63,884 nucleotides of DNA, filler included, from Lenisia limosa (GCA_001655205.1; 17 parts of 17 records of this genome joined end to end with filler, not necessarily neighbours in it); one strand, 5' to 3'; counted from the first letter of the whole stretch, positions 25,401 through 39,419 are shown. Made by a program: numbers and translations. The notes: generated by a model from the sequence alone, not told the origin.

Positions 25401-26586
25401 AGTGAAAATAGTCTGACAGTCTGTATTACAAAGCCTCCACAGCTTCTTGCGTGCTTACTCAGAATATAATACCCACAACTCCTCCCCCTCCATGCCTACA
25501 ACTGTATGAAATAACTTCAGATTATTCGGTTCGTGATTAGTACCTTTACGCCAATATTCTTCATCGAAACTTTCTTCATTCTACTCCCCCCCCCCCCNNN
25601 NNNNNNNNNNNNNNNNNNNNNNNNNNNNNNNNNNNNNNNNNNNNNNNNNNNNNNNNNNNNNNNNNNNNNNNNNNNNNNNNNNNNNNNNNNNNNNNNNNNN
25701 NNNNNNNNNNNNNNNNNNNNNNNNNNNNNNNNNNNNNNNNNNNNNNNNNNNNNNNNNNNNNNNNNNNNNNNNNNNNNNNNNNNNNNNNNNNNNNNNNNNN
25801 NNNNNNNNNNNATCCGTCCATACCATCACGTTTATAAGAGACATTAGATTATATCAAAGACCCCAGTTTAAAACGTTGTTCAAGATAAAGAGAGAGAGAG
25901 AAGAGGGAAGTGCTATGTTCGGTGGGACTGGTTGTGACATACACTGTATAGTACGTACGTAGGGCTTCACTTCAGTCCGAAAAAACCCAGTAAAATATCG
26001 ATAGTATAGAAGGATTTATCGAGAAATTCAGTCCTTTTCTAAATCGAGTGAAACACTCCCTTATTCAACAAATCCCATTCTCATTTTACAATACGCAGAC
26101 ATAACCCACCATTCCCCTTATTCCTTTGATTACCCCCCCCCCCCNNNNNNNNNNNNNNNNNNNNNNNNNNNNNNNNNNNNNNNNNNNNNNNNNNNNNNNN
26201 NNNNNNNNNNNNNNNNNNNNNNNNNNNNNNNNNNNNNNNCGGGGCATCGTCAGACTAAGGGGTTAAAACGATTCTTCTTAAGGCTGTTGTGGTCATTAAA
26301 ACGACTTCTTAACTGTTTTAGCTAATATTGTTACTAAAAACTATTCATATGACTCGATAAAAAATGATTCTAACTTAGATTACTAAATACTATCCCTATG
26401 GCTTGAAAGTTGTAAAAGGGCTCCTTTCAGGTTAAAGCTAAATTGAAAAGAGCAATTTGTATTTTAATATCACGCAGCGGAGTGACCCACGTACTTTTTC
26501 AGTCTTTTCTGCTTCATCAGTATCAACAGCTGTTTCAACTGGTGCCGCGGCTTCCATTTTCGCCTCTTGTTCCTCCTTAGCCATGC
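22500..26586 (-). CDS. RBM28: RNA-binding protein 28 / Nop4 (RRM3-RRM4 region and basic tail; partial)
   Basis: Exons read DVEEGRTLFCRNVAFD, GNNKGTAFVEFAT, GITINGRRLAV, KLKSTNFFISPVRLTVFNVP, GKSKGFGFVEFVDHEDAMGALRKLNNNP and RRPIICFSVEN. Confidence 0.92.
24475..24590 (-). repeat. Intron 3'-end repeat family D (type copy; at least 12 copies or fragments in the window)
   Basis: Sense consensus CAGAAGCGACTGGCCTGGGCTTTGTTTTGTTGTTAACCCTCGTGTGTTGTCAGCCAACAGAGTTGATTTGGGCT..TTTGTTTCATAAATTTTCCAATTTTACCCCC(n)AG. Confidence 0.85.
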
Positions 26587-27029
26587 CTGGAGAGTGAAAA
26601 CGGAAATTTCTGAAAGCAAACCCCCAAGATATTCGTTGTTGCTCAGCATTTGAGAAGTATAGAGGGTTGAAAAAAAAAAAAAAANNNNNNNNNNNNNNNN
26701 NNNNNNNNNNNNNNNNNNNNNNNNNNNNTTAATTAATTAANNNNNNNNNNNNNNNNNNNNNNNNNNNNNNNNNNNNNNNNNNNNTATCTTTTTCTTGCTT
26801 CATTTACTGGTAGTTTATGTGTTTATGTGTTTATGTTTTTTCATCTTCGATATGTTCTATTTTTGTCTTTTCAAAAAAAAAAGCGTGCCTTCGTCGATAT
26901 AATTCGAAAACAATCCGAAACAATACGATCAAATCCGATAATATTCATTTCGATAATATTCATTGAAATTCGAAATAATTCTCCAAAAGTCGGCAACATT
27001 CAATGATTTATCAGATCAACCAGATCACA

Positions 27030-27277
27030 CACCCTCCCACGAGCAGGGATGCAGGGCCTGAACCTCTTTCGGACATAATATCGGAAATAGGGAAGAACAT
27101 CAGAACCTGGGGGTGTGAAATGAAGGTCAAAAATTTAAACAATTTATAACACAACACGGTTAATCAATAAATGCTCTGAATGATTCAGAAGGGTGCCCCC
27201 CCCCCACGTAAGCGGCGTAGTGAACATACAGGAAGAGCCACAGGATAGGGTGGGCAATATCGTAAATACGCGCACCT
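27030..27277 (-). CDS. Two exons of an unidentified membrane protein
   Basis: GARIYDIAHPILWLFLYVHYAAY|VLMFFPISDIMSERG, joined by a phase-compatible GT-AG intron. Confidence 0.4.
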
Positions 27278-29819
27278 GAGGATGAGGAGTAAAATTGGAA
27301 AATGTATGAAACAAAAGATGAAATACTGCTTTTGGTTAATATGATGTTCTTGGATGTTAATTTAAGGTTCTTTGTGTGTGTGCGATGGGGGGAGGGGGGG
27401 GGGGGNNNNNNNNNNNNNNNNNNNNNNNNNNNNNNNNNNNNNNNNNNNNNNNNNNNNNNNNNNNNNNNNNNNNNNNNNNNNNNNNNGTTAGCTGGCAACA
27501 CACGGGAAAACGAAGGAAATTTCGATGAAAAATATTGCACTAATCTAATCTGAAATTCCAAACAAAAAACAGAAAACAAAAAAAAAACAAGCATAACAAA
27601 CACGGGCAACCAAAGTTAAAACTGGGCAACGCAGGTTGTATACAGGGACCGAGATATATTTTGGCCGTTTTGGGTCAAGATTTATCCCGGACATTGGACA
27701 TGTATAGGTTCATCATCTTCATTTCCATCCAATACACAACCCTCCTCGCCTAAATGACTGGAACGACGTGGCCCTCACAAAAGCCGCTTTTTATCTCCTC
27801 CTCCCCATAGATATACAATATTTTATTATATTATACGATATATTGCAAGAAAAAAAAGGTTGTATCTGGCCGTCCACACCATCACGCTTATAGACAGAGA
27901 TGAGAAAGAAGAAAAAAAGGTTGTATCTGGCCGAAGCCAAAGTACTAATCCAATTAAGCCCCCCCCCCCCNNNNNNNNNNNNNNNNNNNNNNNNNNNNNN
28001 NNNNNNNNNNNNNNTTAATTAATTAANNNNNNNNNNNNNNNNNNNNNNNNNNNNNNNNNNNNNNNNNNNNCTAAAACACCAATCACAATCCCCAAGGATC
28101 CTGAGGAATCTCATAAGGATCTGATCTGGAGAGGCTCTATTCCATGTTTTCTCGGGCTTTGATCCAATAGGTGTCCGAATATTACGTATGGGTAGCGGCG
28201 CTCCCGGGCAAGAACTACGTGAAGTCTCTGTAGTCCTGTTTTTATGTATTATCAATATATTTTTTTTAGTAATGAGGATTGACAGGCTGAGCCTGGCTAG
28301 CCAGTTCTCACCCAGCTGCAGCTGGGTTCTCCAAACACCTGACTCGGGGGGGGGGGGNNNNNNNNNNNNNNNNNNNNNNNNNNNNNNNNNNNNNNNNNNN
28401 NNNNNNNNNNNNNNNNNNNNNNNNNNNNNNNNNNNNNNNNNNNNNNNNNNNNNNNNNNNNNNNNNNNNNNTAATGTATTATTTCTCTGATTCGTTGACTT
28501 GACTACTACGCCACAGCGGGATTATAAACCAATTGGGACAGACGCGCACGTAAATTATTTTTCGTTTTCAATCGCCAGAGAGATTCCAGTGTAAAGGAGG
28601 CATACTTAAATAACAAAAATCAGTTCAGTTTTGTTCAAAAAATAGTGAACAATACTCAGAAGTTCAATACACATGGGATTCCCCGTTTTTGTCCCATTGA
28701 TGTGTCTGTTGGAAGTCTCGTTTTCCTTTTTAGCTACTGACAGTGATAAGTCCTGACACGGCCGATTGAGATTAGTCAATCTGATTTGGCAATTTAGCAT
28801 CTGTATGTGACCAGTTGCCGCCCCAGGACTGTTTTTCCCTTCATATAGTTATACTATCGGAGTATTATATCATTTAATTATCTTACTGTACTATCATATG
28901 AAAGCGTTGTAATGTACACAAACAAATTTAAATTTGTAAGTGGATTACGTTTTATATTTGATTATAATATCTGAAAATTCACCCATTTTACCTATTTCTA
29001 TTTCATATTTCCACACATTGTTAAACCATCTGGCCCCTTACCACTAGAGCTTCCCTACGTTCCTAAAAAAACGGAATTTCCTCGAAAAATCCTCGAAAAA
29101 TATCGATTTTTTACCGGTCTTTTTCGGACTGTTGGGAAGCCCTAGCTATGACGGAGGTAGTAAGAAGCACGCGAGTTCAAATGGCTGTTAAATATCAATA
29201 TCCAATGAAATGCCACAGGGATGTCAAATTAAGGCTTAAATCAGAAAACAAGAAAAACACCCTTTTAGAAAAACAACATAGATGAAACATCACAAGAACT
29301 ACCATCTCACTACTGTACAATGCATCTCTTCGACTCTCCCCCCGCATAGCTTTTTGACCTACATTGTGAGATGATGGACGTTTTTGTTCTTGTTCACCCT
29401 ATGTTTATGTATTGATCCCTATGTATTTATCCCTGTGTCATAATAATTCCTATAGCTATATTAATCCTTCGATTTATTTGAATGAATGCTCTTGCTCTTT
29501 AAAAAGAAAGAAATATGATATCTCTTCTCTCTACCCCCCTAGCCCCATACCTTCGTAAGTCGTCTTTGTTTCGCTTCGCTGGCCGCTTGTCCACACTCTG
29601 TGATAGGGTTTCGGCTGGGGGGGGGGGTAAAATTGGAAAATTTATGAGAAAAAAAACACAAATCAACTCTNNNNNNNNNNNNNNNNNNNNNNNNNNNNNN
29701 NNNNNNNNNNNNNNTTAATTAATTAANNNNNNNNNNNNNNNNNNNNNNNNNNNNNNNNNNNNNNNNNNNNTGTTTGATAAATTCCGCTCCATTTCTGTCA
29801 CCTCAATCCGACTTTTTAG

Positions 29820-32800
29820 GTCTTCATGGGTCTTATCAGCGACCTCTTCCCCGGCATGGAACTCCCCCGTGCTAGGTGCGAATGTATTCAAAGCCCACAT
29901 TGACTGGGTTGTTTCGTTAAAATTTACTTCTTTATTATTTTTTTTTTTTTTTTNNNNNNNNNNNNNNNNNNNNNNNNNNNNNNNNNNNNNNNNNNNNNNN
30001 NNNNNNNNNNNNNNNNNNNNNNNNNNNNNNNNNNNNNNNNNNNNNNNNNNNNNNNNNNNNNNNNNNNNNNNNNNNNNNNNNNNNNNNNNNNNNNNNNNNN
30101 NNNNNNNNNNNNNNNNNNNNNNNNNNNNNNNNNNNNNNNNNNNNNNNNNNNNNNNNNNNNNGTACTTAAGGTGGGGGGGGGTTGAGAGGGATTTGCTGAT
30201 TATTCAGCATTTGCCCTTAAAAGATAGCGGTCTCTTGCCTTTTTAAACCTGACATATTTGATATATAATTACCATATTAGGTAACCAGACTTACCATATT
30301 AGGTAGTTCAACTCCACGAGCTTTTGGCAGTACGTCACTCTGTATTTGTTATCGGCCCTTCTGGCTCGGGAAAATCCGAGGTTTGGGGGAATTAATATTA
30401 GTATACTATAATCCAATATCTCTTGTGTTGGCTGACATTATTTACTTGTTTATCGGTATAATTATTCACTTATCACTGGGGGTCAAAAAAACCCAAGCTG
30501 GCCAGGAATTTTGATGTGTCCGGGAATTTTGAATGTTGTCCGAAGCCTTGGCTATTTTTTATACATTTATCAGAATATTATTTCTCCACCATTCAACTAG
30601 TTTTTTCTTTCATGTTCTCCCAAACATTGACCCTAACATTAACCCCATAGGTATGGAGGACTTTGTCGCAGACGTACACCCGCCAAGGCCAAAAAACTTC
30701 GGTTGTCGATCTCAACCCCAAGGTTGGTGAATTGTTCTTATTAACTGCATACTCTCCTCCCCCCTCCCACTTTTTTTATTATTATTTCATACATTGTCAA
30801 ATTTTTTTGATGCGCTGCAGAAGCGACTGNNNNNNNNNNNNNNNNNNNNNNNNNNNNNNNNNNNNNNNNNNNNNNNNNNNNNNNNNNNNNNNNNNNNNNN
30901 NNNNNNNNNNNNNNNNNNNNNNNNNNNNNNNNNNNNNNNNGGGGGCACGCATGAAACTATTGTGAGGCAAACAGTTGTGATAAACCGCCATCACCATCAT
31001 CATATCTCATTTCCGCCATCACCATCATCATATCTCATTTCCACCTAGGCAGTCACAGCTAATGAGCTGTACGGTTACGTACACCCGGTATCACGCGAGT
31101 GGAAGGATGGTGTCTTCTCTGTGGTTATGAGAGACATGGCAAACCAGGCCGACACCACACCTAAGGTGGGAGGGGGGGTATATACAACAGCTCTTCCATC
31201 ATTTATGTGGGTTACGGTGTTCAATATTAACACAGTTTAGCCGAACGCATCATCCCGTTGTTTTCCTATTAACTTTGCAGTGGATTGTTCTTGATGGCGA
31301 CATTGACCCCAACTGGATCGAGTCCCTCAACACTGGTGGGAGGGGGTCTGGGAGGTATTTTTTTGATAACATATTGAGACACAGATTGGAACAGATGAGG
31401 AGATGGGGACATTTGGTGAAAGACAGTAAACCCCTTTCCTATATCTTTACATCAAATAAACAGACAAGCAATATCCCCACCAGTTATTTTGAGCTCTTTT
31501 TTTTGTGTGTCCTAAATTTTCCAATTTTACTCTCCCAGTGATGGACGACAACAAGGTGTTGACTTTGGCCTCTAATGAGAGAATTCCCCTCCACAGCCAC
31601 ATGCGTCTCATCTTCGAAATCCGTGAGGATGGGGATGGGATGGAGATGGGGTTTTGTGTTTTGTGTTTTTTGTTATCTGGTTTTGTCTAGTTTTAGCGTT
31701 TTTTGCTCGTGTCTGTTATTGCTTGTGCCAAGATTCTTCATCGCAATTTCCTTCGTTTTACCCCATAATATAACTCCCAGACTCTCTACAATTTGCTACT
31801 CCGGCCACTGTATCCCGAGCCGGCATTCTCTACCTCAATGAGACTGACATCGGCTACATGTCTTTCCTGCAGTCTTGGATCGATGCCCGAGAGGTGGGTT
31901 TGTTGTTTGTTTCAGTCCGCTTGATCATATCACAAGTTTCACTCACACCAACAATTTACCTGCTCATTGACTAGGTCGCCAACGAACGCTCACATTTGAC
32001 TGTTCTCTTTGACAAGTACGTGGCCACAACGCTCGAATCCCTTCATGAGAAGTTCAAAACCGTCACACCTGTCTCCGATTTCCAGCGTGTCCAGACCTTG
32101 TGCTATATGCTTGAAAGTGGGGTGGCGCTGTGTGGTATTGTTGATAGGGTTTCACTTTGGTCCAATCAAAGATTGAATTGTTCGATGAATCCTCTAATCC
32201 ATCGATATTATATCAGCCTTTTTCGGGCTAAATTGAAGCCTAATTTTAGATGTGGTACAAGTTGTTTGTTTGAAAGTGGTGGATATATTGAGGAGATGGG
32301 AGGCTTGTTGGTTTGTTTGTTTTTGGTAGGAGTTAATTTTTTTTTGCTCTTGTTTTTAGTTTCCCAAATGCTAGCCAACAGAGTTAATTCTGGGATTTTT
32401 TGTTGTTGTTTCATAGTTTTCACTTTTTACACCATCAGGCCTCCTGACCCCCGATAACGTGCCTGCGGGAAGCGAAAAGGAGGTGCGGGGTATTTTCATT
32501 TAAAATTGGGCATCAAGCTAAGGGGGATTTTTGAATGCGCTACAGCGTGATTATTAGGATTGGGAAACAAGATAATGGACTGCTTCTCCCTGTAAACGTC
32601 CTCTCTTTTGACCAAAATCAGGTATACGAACTCTATTTTGTCTTTGCTGCAGTTTGGGCGTTCGGAGGCTCGCTAATTAGTGAGGGACTAGTCAACTATA
32701 AACAGGCCTTCTCCAAATGGTGGAGAATGGAGTGGCGCAGCATCAAATTCCCCCCAAGGTTGGTTTTTGCTGTCAATTTTGTTGTCACACAATACCCCTC

Positions 32801-33574
32801 TGGTGTGTCACTGTTCAATTGAGTTGATTTGTTTCTTCAATTTTCATGCCAATTCCCCATCCTCCCTTACCTTTTGTAGCGACTCTATTTTCGACTTTGT
32901 GGTTGACCCAGCCACTAAGAAGTTTGTGCCCTGGGCAGACTCAGTTGAGGAGTACTTCCATGATACTGAGGTGGGAGGTCTGGTTTGGATTTTTTTTTTT
33001 TTTTTTTTTTNNNNNNNNNNNNNNNNNNNNNNNNNNNNNNNNNNNNNNNNNNNNNNNNNNNNNNNNNNNNNNNNNNNNNNNNNNNNNNNNNNNNNNNNNN
33101 NNNNNNNNNNNNNNNNNNNNNNNNNNNNNNNNNNNNNNNNNNNNNNNNNNNNNNNNNNNNNNNCGTAGAAACGCCCGAAACCGCCCGTATTTCCTACTGG
33201 ATGCGTAAGCGGACCACCAAAACCAAAACCTGGTTATATGTATCCAAATATACATATTATACATACCATATTAGGCAATTGCCACCACACTACTTACCCT
33301 ATTAGGCAAGTTGGTTGCCGGTGGGCGTCCCATTCTCCTTGCTGGAAACGCGGGGTGTGGTAAATCAGTGCTGGTACGAGACATTTTGAAGGACTTGCCA
33401 GATGATACGATTAGTACTTCTTTGAACTTCAACCACTACTCAGGTAAGAGAGGGTTATCTTAGGATTTTTGTTTTGTAGTTTTAGCTGATTATCCTAGAC
33501 TCAATGATGCTGCAAAAGGTCCTGGAAGCCCCGCTTGAGAAGAAGGCTGGAAAGACCTATGGACCTCCGGGCAG
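29820..33574 (+). CDS. Axonemal dynein heavy chain, outer-arm beta type (DNAH9/11/17-like); internal fragment spanning AAA2 to AAA3
   Basis: [11 protein letters not shown]; [17 protein letters not shown]; [16 protein letters not shown]; [34 protein letters not shown]; [12 protein letters not shown]; [11 protein letters not shown]; [13 protein letters not shown]. Confidence 0.96.
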
Positions 33575-36349
33575 GTGATATGGGGGTATCTATACGAAAT
33601 AGTAGCAAAAGGAGGGGCTTGGATAGTGATAGTGTATAGAAGATTCGGAGATTGTTCATATACACTACAGTGTATTATATACAGTGTAGAGTGGATTTTA
33701 GGCTCTTTTTTTCGGTTTTNNNNNNNNNNNNNNNNNNNNNNNNNNNNNNNNNNNNNNNNNNNNTTAATTAATTAANNNNNNNNNNNNNNNNNNNNNNNNN
33801 NNNNNNNNNNNNNNNNNNNCAAAAATCGACATAAATCGCTTCAATAACACCCTTTTTAGTGTGAAATTCGGCAGTTTTGGGTACTAGACTATCAATAACA
33901 TCAAAACAAAGAAATTTTGAGCAAGAAGAAAAAAATGAGATGAAAAAATCGAAAAAAAAGATATTTTGAACAGAATCGAACCCGGCCGGAGTCACCCAGT
34001 TTCCTTTACGCGAAAATCCCCCTCTTTCAGAATAATAGCGTTTTGAGCCTATTAAAGTGCCCCACTATAGAAACGCANNNNNNNNNNTGATTTTGAGGTA
34101 TTTAAATCAATTTTTGTAACGGATTTTTCAAGAATGTTTCTTGTTCAGTCTCTATAATGGAGCCAATGGACGAAATTAAAGTATATGCTGCGTCAACAAC
34201 TCATTTACCGTTGTGGAACGGTACAAAAGGTAAGAGTCAAATTCGCTTGATTTATTAACATCTTCTATCATATTTTCGCCCATTTATCGGTAATTTACGC
34301 TCATTTTTTGCCCAATTTGTCTCGTATTCTCTACTTAAATGCCTCTAGGTTACTCAAGAGTGGAAAAAATCAAATCTGATGGTGCAAGAACGTCTTCACT
34401 TTATCGCAGGGACAATTCTAGGCCCATAATCAGTGTTTTTAATGTATTTCGCATGAAAAATTGAAGTACCATGAAGGTGGTATTTTGCATGTATGTTGAT
34501 ACCCCTGCCTATTCTTATGAATAAAACCCTGTATAAAGTAGTGTTTCGGGCGATAATTGGCAAAAAATGTGAAAGAGGCGTAAATAAGGAGCGTATTGGC
34601 TCAAAAAATTGAAAGAAAAGCCTCCTTTTTGTTCGCGGTTTTAATCATGTTCGCGGTTTTAACTATACTATATACTATATCATATATGAAATATATATCC
34701 AATTTCAAATATTTAGAGCAGAAGGGAGCCCAGAGAGAATATAATAGTTTTTTGATACCCCATACATTGTAACATACAGACGAAAGGTACTGAAGAATCA
34801 TACCTTTTCTTTTTCTCCTAGTATGACCGCTTCAATAGAAATATCGCTTGCACAATTATAATTTGAAAGCCGTTTTTCAGAAACTCCAGATCCAAACAGG
34901 TTAAATACTCACAAAACTCTATTCTCAGCCTCTTTGATTTTTTGTAATTCAATTTTGTCTTTAAAGGCCATAACCAAAGTGAATGCTATAAGAAAAACTT
35001 TTAACGCAGAATTTCGGTCTCCAAGCAACTCTTTGAGAGTATTAAAGTCAACAGCTTCCCCGTTCAGGTTTGCTTCCATCTACACCAAAGAAATGACCGA
35101 GATAAAATAGAAATTAATCAATCTAAGGTTGATATACGAATATATATATATGATATATCATATACTACTATATGTGATGGGACAAAACATGAAATCACGG
35201 GACAAAACTGAGAATCACTTGTTGTTGAAAATAAAATACCTTAAACAGTGTAAAAACAGTCTCTTAGGTCTTTATCGGGTAAAACGATTTTCGGTCTGTC
35301 TGACTGACTGACTGTATTTTAAGATGCTTAGCGCTTTGTGAAGTTGAATAAATTACACAGCTGACAATTAACTGTAAAAAAAAAAACAAAAAAAGTCAAA
35401 ATATTGGTGATCACCTCGAGAAATGAGACTTTTCTGAATTTAGTGAATGCGTGCCGACGCCATTGCGTTCACGAATATCAAAAATGACAGTTGTTCATTT
35501 TCCCTAAAAGTCCTCTCATTGTTAGTAAATAAGGGAATTATTAACTTGGTTGCTCCTAGAGCTGGTAGCAGGAATTCTCTGAGAAGGTTCGCAAAGAAGG
35601 AGATGCGCATCAGCGTATTGAAGGCTTTGAAGCTCTTTCCTCTCAAGAAAAGGTGGATTCCCTTCAAAAGGATGCCTCCTCACAAGGAGTCCGTTACTTT
35701 CAGCTCTCTTTTGCGCTACAGGCATCCCCCAGCCCCCCATCAGCCGTCTTTGTAAGGCTAACGCTCAAAACGTCATTTTCGGTGGCTCAAAGGGTAGCAG
35801 AAACCCTCAGCTCCGGAAGGTCTCCTTGGCCCCCTGCTCTCCTGGATTTTTGAGGAACAGTTCTCGACGAAACTTCAAAAAGTTTGGAGTGGTGTTATTC
35901 TTGTTGATGCTAATTTTTCATATTAGAAGCAGTACAGAACATATTCATTTTTACTATGGGTTGTGCTGATGAGAATCCAATGGGGTTGTAAATTATTTGA
36001 TTTTGCGCGCNNNNNNNNNNNNNNNNNNNNNNNNNNNNNNNNNNNNNNNNNNNNTTAATTAATTAANNNNNNNNNNNNNNNNNNNNNNNNNNNNNNNNNN
36101 NNNNNNNNNNTTAGGCAAGTTTATCTTAAAAAAACAAAACGGCCAAATTTGATGATTTTCCACAATTTCTAACTGCACGTTAAACAATATCGTTGTTTTT
36201 ACGGAACACTTCCTGATATTTCTGAGCATTTTTGTGTTATAAGTCTTGAAAGTAGTTTGAGACTGTATCTTGAACATTTTATGAACTATTTGGGACGTAA
36301 TACTATATATGAAAAAGATGGGGTTTCATAAAAGTTGAAATTAGCAGTT

Positions 36350-36600
36350 TAGCATGTGCCAATTTTAAAACCAATGTTTCAACAGGATAACGACCCAAAG
36401 CACACAGCAAAAGTAAGTTCCGTGTATTTGATATCGTTGCCACGTTTCATCCGCTATTTAATTCCGTATTCTCGCTGTTTAGATGTGTGAAAGATATATT
36501 TTTGACAATGCCCAATATGAACTGATGGATTGGCCTGCGCAAAGTCCAGATAAATAATGGGAACTCAAAAGGGTGTGTTCCAGAGCAATCCTCCCTGGGG
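36350..36600 (+). mobile_element. Tc1 transposase remnant (catalytic region)
   Basis: FQQDNDPKHTAK, then a GTAAGT..TTTAG intron-like segment, then YELMDWPAQSPD followed by stops. Confidence 0.85.
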
Positions 36601-38229
36601 TGTTTGTATGTCAGTTTTTTTATGATGAACTGTGGAATTTTCAAAGATTATAAAAAAGGTGTGAATATTTTCAGATACTTAAGTAAGCAAACCTTCGTGT
36701 ATGTACAGTCAAAAAAAATTGCCCCAACCCACATTCTCCTGGATAGACTGTTTCAACTCCATGATAGTCTAAATTGTGAAAGAATTACAACCGAATTCTA
36801 GAAAATTATCGATAAATATCGATAATTTTCACTACAATCACTTTTTGCACATTTTTATCTAATTCCTGTAGGTACAAAAACTGACCAACAGGCCTCAATA
36901 ATCCTAAATTACAGCGCTGTATTAAGAGAAATTAAAGATATATATGATATTATTAAACCAAATGCATGAAAAAACGGCCAAAATAAAAAAAACTCGAACA
37001 AAAACAACGCACAACTAACCTGGTTTTGGGCCTTGATGATATCCAAAAGCTGAGAGGTGAAAAATGGGATTTAACAAAATAAAATCACTGTATCCAGGAG
37101 GATTTGAAAAGTAGATGAATAAAAAGCCAGGCTTCTCATTAACCCGCATATTGAACGGCTGATTTTCAATTTAACGTAATATGTTGGGAAATGAAACGGA
37201 GTGGAGGAATAAGGATTCATAATACACTTATTTCCCACCCGCCTGAGCCCATTATTACCCTATTCTAATTCACCTCCCCCCCCCCATAACCAAGACCATC
37301 CCGGATGCCCACCTCGTCCATTCTGGAGTTGACGTACGCCTTGTTGGCAAGTTCGTTATCCGTGCTANNNNNNNNNNNNNNNNNNNNNNNNNNNNNNNNN
37401 NNNNNNNNNNNNGGCATCAAAGTGCTCTCCACTCCTCCAGCAACATTCCTGAAATGTGAGCTCTTTGGAGTAATTCTAATGTTAGTAATATATCACATAA
37501 TCGAATGCAATAGTAGTAATATATCACATAATCGTGAAATGAGTACATAGGATAAAATTTATTCCATATCAATATCGACAACACTATAATATGGGGGGAG
37601 CAGACACAAGAGAGCGAAATAACATGAAGATAACCTGTGCTTGTATTTTGAATTGACGATACTCTGCGCATAACAAACAACTAAAAAGCCCCGTTGAAAC
37701 ACAACTCCAAATTCACTGCGATGAATTCACTGCGATGCTAATCCTCAACAACAGCTGCCATCCCAAAATTGGAAGAGGTTGTCCAAATCCCCCCCCCCCC
37801 CNNNNNNNNNNNNNNNNNNNNNNNNNNNNNNNNNNNNNNNNNNNNNNNNNNNNNNNNNNNNNNNNNNNNNNNNAGATAGTTATCCAGCCAAATTGGGTGA
37901 ATATAGACATCTTCTGTCCAATCAAGTTGTGAGTTTTTGCGTTTTACACTCTTTCTTCCTCGGTTCTTCCTTATTTCGTTATATATATAAAAATAATATA
38001 GGTATATATGTTGTAGGTTGGAAAAAGGGCAAAACGCAAACAAAATCAACTGCAATGTCAACAAATTTCAAATCTGCTTCTTTTCTTGTCCGCTACCGTA
38101 ATTTTTTTTAAAAAAAAACAATTAAAGCGTGTACAAAGATCCACACGCAGTCTGAGAGCGGTTTTTTAAATTTTATTTTCATATAGAGGAGGCCAGTAGA
38201 AAAACAAAGAATAAGTCGATCGTTTCCCC

Positions 38230-38826
38230 CTTTTCTCGTGGCTCGTGATGCCTTCGAAGCCTTCCCGTAAGCCTTTTTACAGCTTATATCAGTATTGTTC
38301 TGTTTAATCCTGTTCAGTGGTTGCCACGGAGGAGGACGAGAAGTTAGCGACGTTTCTTGTCCAACGTTCACTCACTTTGTCTGATAACTTGGCGATACAC
38401 AATGAAGAAGTGGGCTACAAAGGAAAGAATGTTTGCCATAGTAAAGACAAGAAAATTATTTTCTTTACTATTTGGCAAACATGTCACTGTGTTGAAACAG
38501 CTTTGTAAATGCTCCAATGTATTTATTTGACTGTTCAGCAAAAGATAAACTTCAGTCTGATGGCATCTCCCCTCGGAGCAGGCAAAACAGCTGTTGTCAA
38601 AGAGGTGCATGGGAAGAACTTGGGAAGAAAGCTTACTTTGCCCCTTTGAGAACAAGAAAAAATACACTTAATAAAGGGAAGCATATTCCTTGTACATTCG
38701 CAGCCATTTAACAAGAGCAGATGATCAAAAGGCCCAACGTCTTCTACATCCAAAGAAGGCATGTCAAGGTCGGTGGGGTCTTGTAGAATTATCTGGTCTA
38801 CATATACAACCGGTTTTGGAGTACAG
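38230..38826 (+). pseudogene. Decayed P-loop NTPase-like gene
   Basis: Two short leader exons, then SLMASPLGAGKTAVVKEV (Walker A-like), followed by a frameshift and in-frame TAA/TAG. Confidence 0.45.
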
Positions 38827-39419
38827 GGGGGGGGGGGNNNNNNNNNNNNNNNNNNNNNNNNNNNNNNNNNNNNNNNNNNNNTTAATTAATTAANNNNNNN
38901 NNNNNNNNNNNNNNNNNNNNNNNNNNNNNNNNNNNNNATGCGCTTCTTCCGGGGATGAGAAGCGGAGAATTTTTGCAAAAAAATCCTATCTTACATATAC
39001 AAGACCATTTCCTTCAAGAAAAAAGTGATTACAATGAACGAAGGTTGATAGAACCCCACATACTTATAGACAGGTGACCTGAAATTGAGGACTTGCTTGT
39101 AGAATCGTGACGCCATAGTTCCTCTAATTTCGTAAAACTGAAACATGTAGTTCTCATTTCGTAAAACTGAAGAAGTGTGCAGTTCCTCTAATATCGAAAA
39201 ATAAGTGTATGAGTGATCAGAAAATAAACCTGGGGGAGTGGGTACGATTTGAGTGAAGGTGGATGGGGGTACTACTGATGCAGCCAATAATAAGTAGTAC
39301 CTAGTTCTTCACTTCGGTTCAAAAAAAGACTGAATTTCTCGATAAATCCTCGAAAACTATCGATATTTTACCGTTTATTTCAAACCCAAGTGAGGCCCTA
39401 GTAGTGCCCTGAGCCTACG

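Noticed and set aside
33960-34010. tRNA gene (GGTTCGATTC on the minus strand)
   Set aside because: It is a T-loop-like word only; I could build no acceptor stem or D/anticodon arms.
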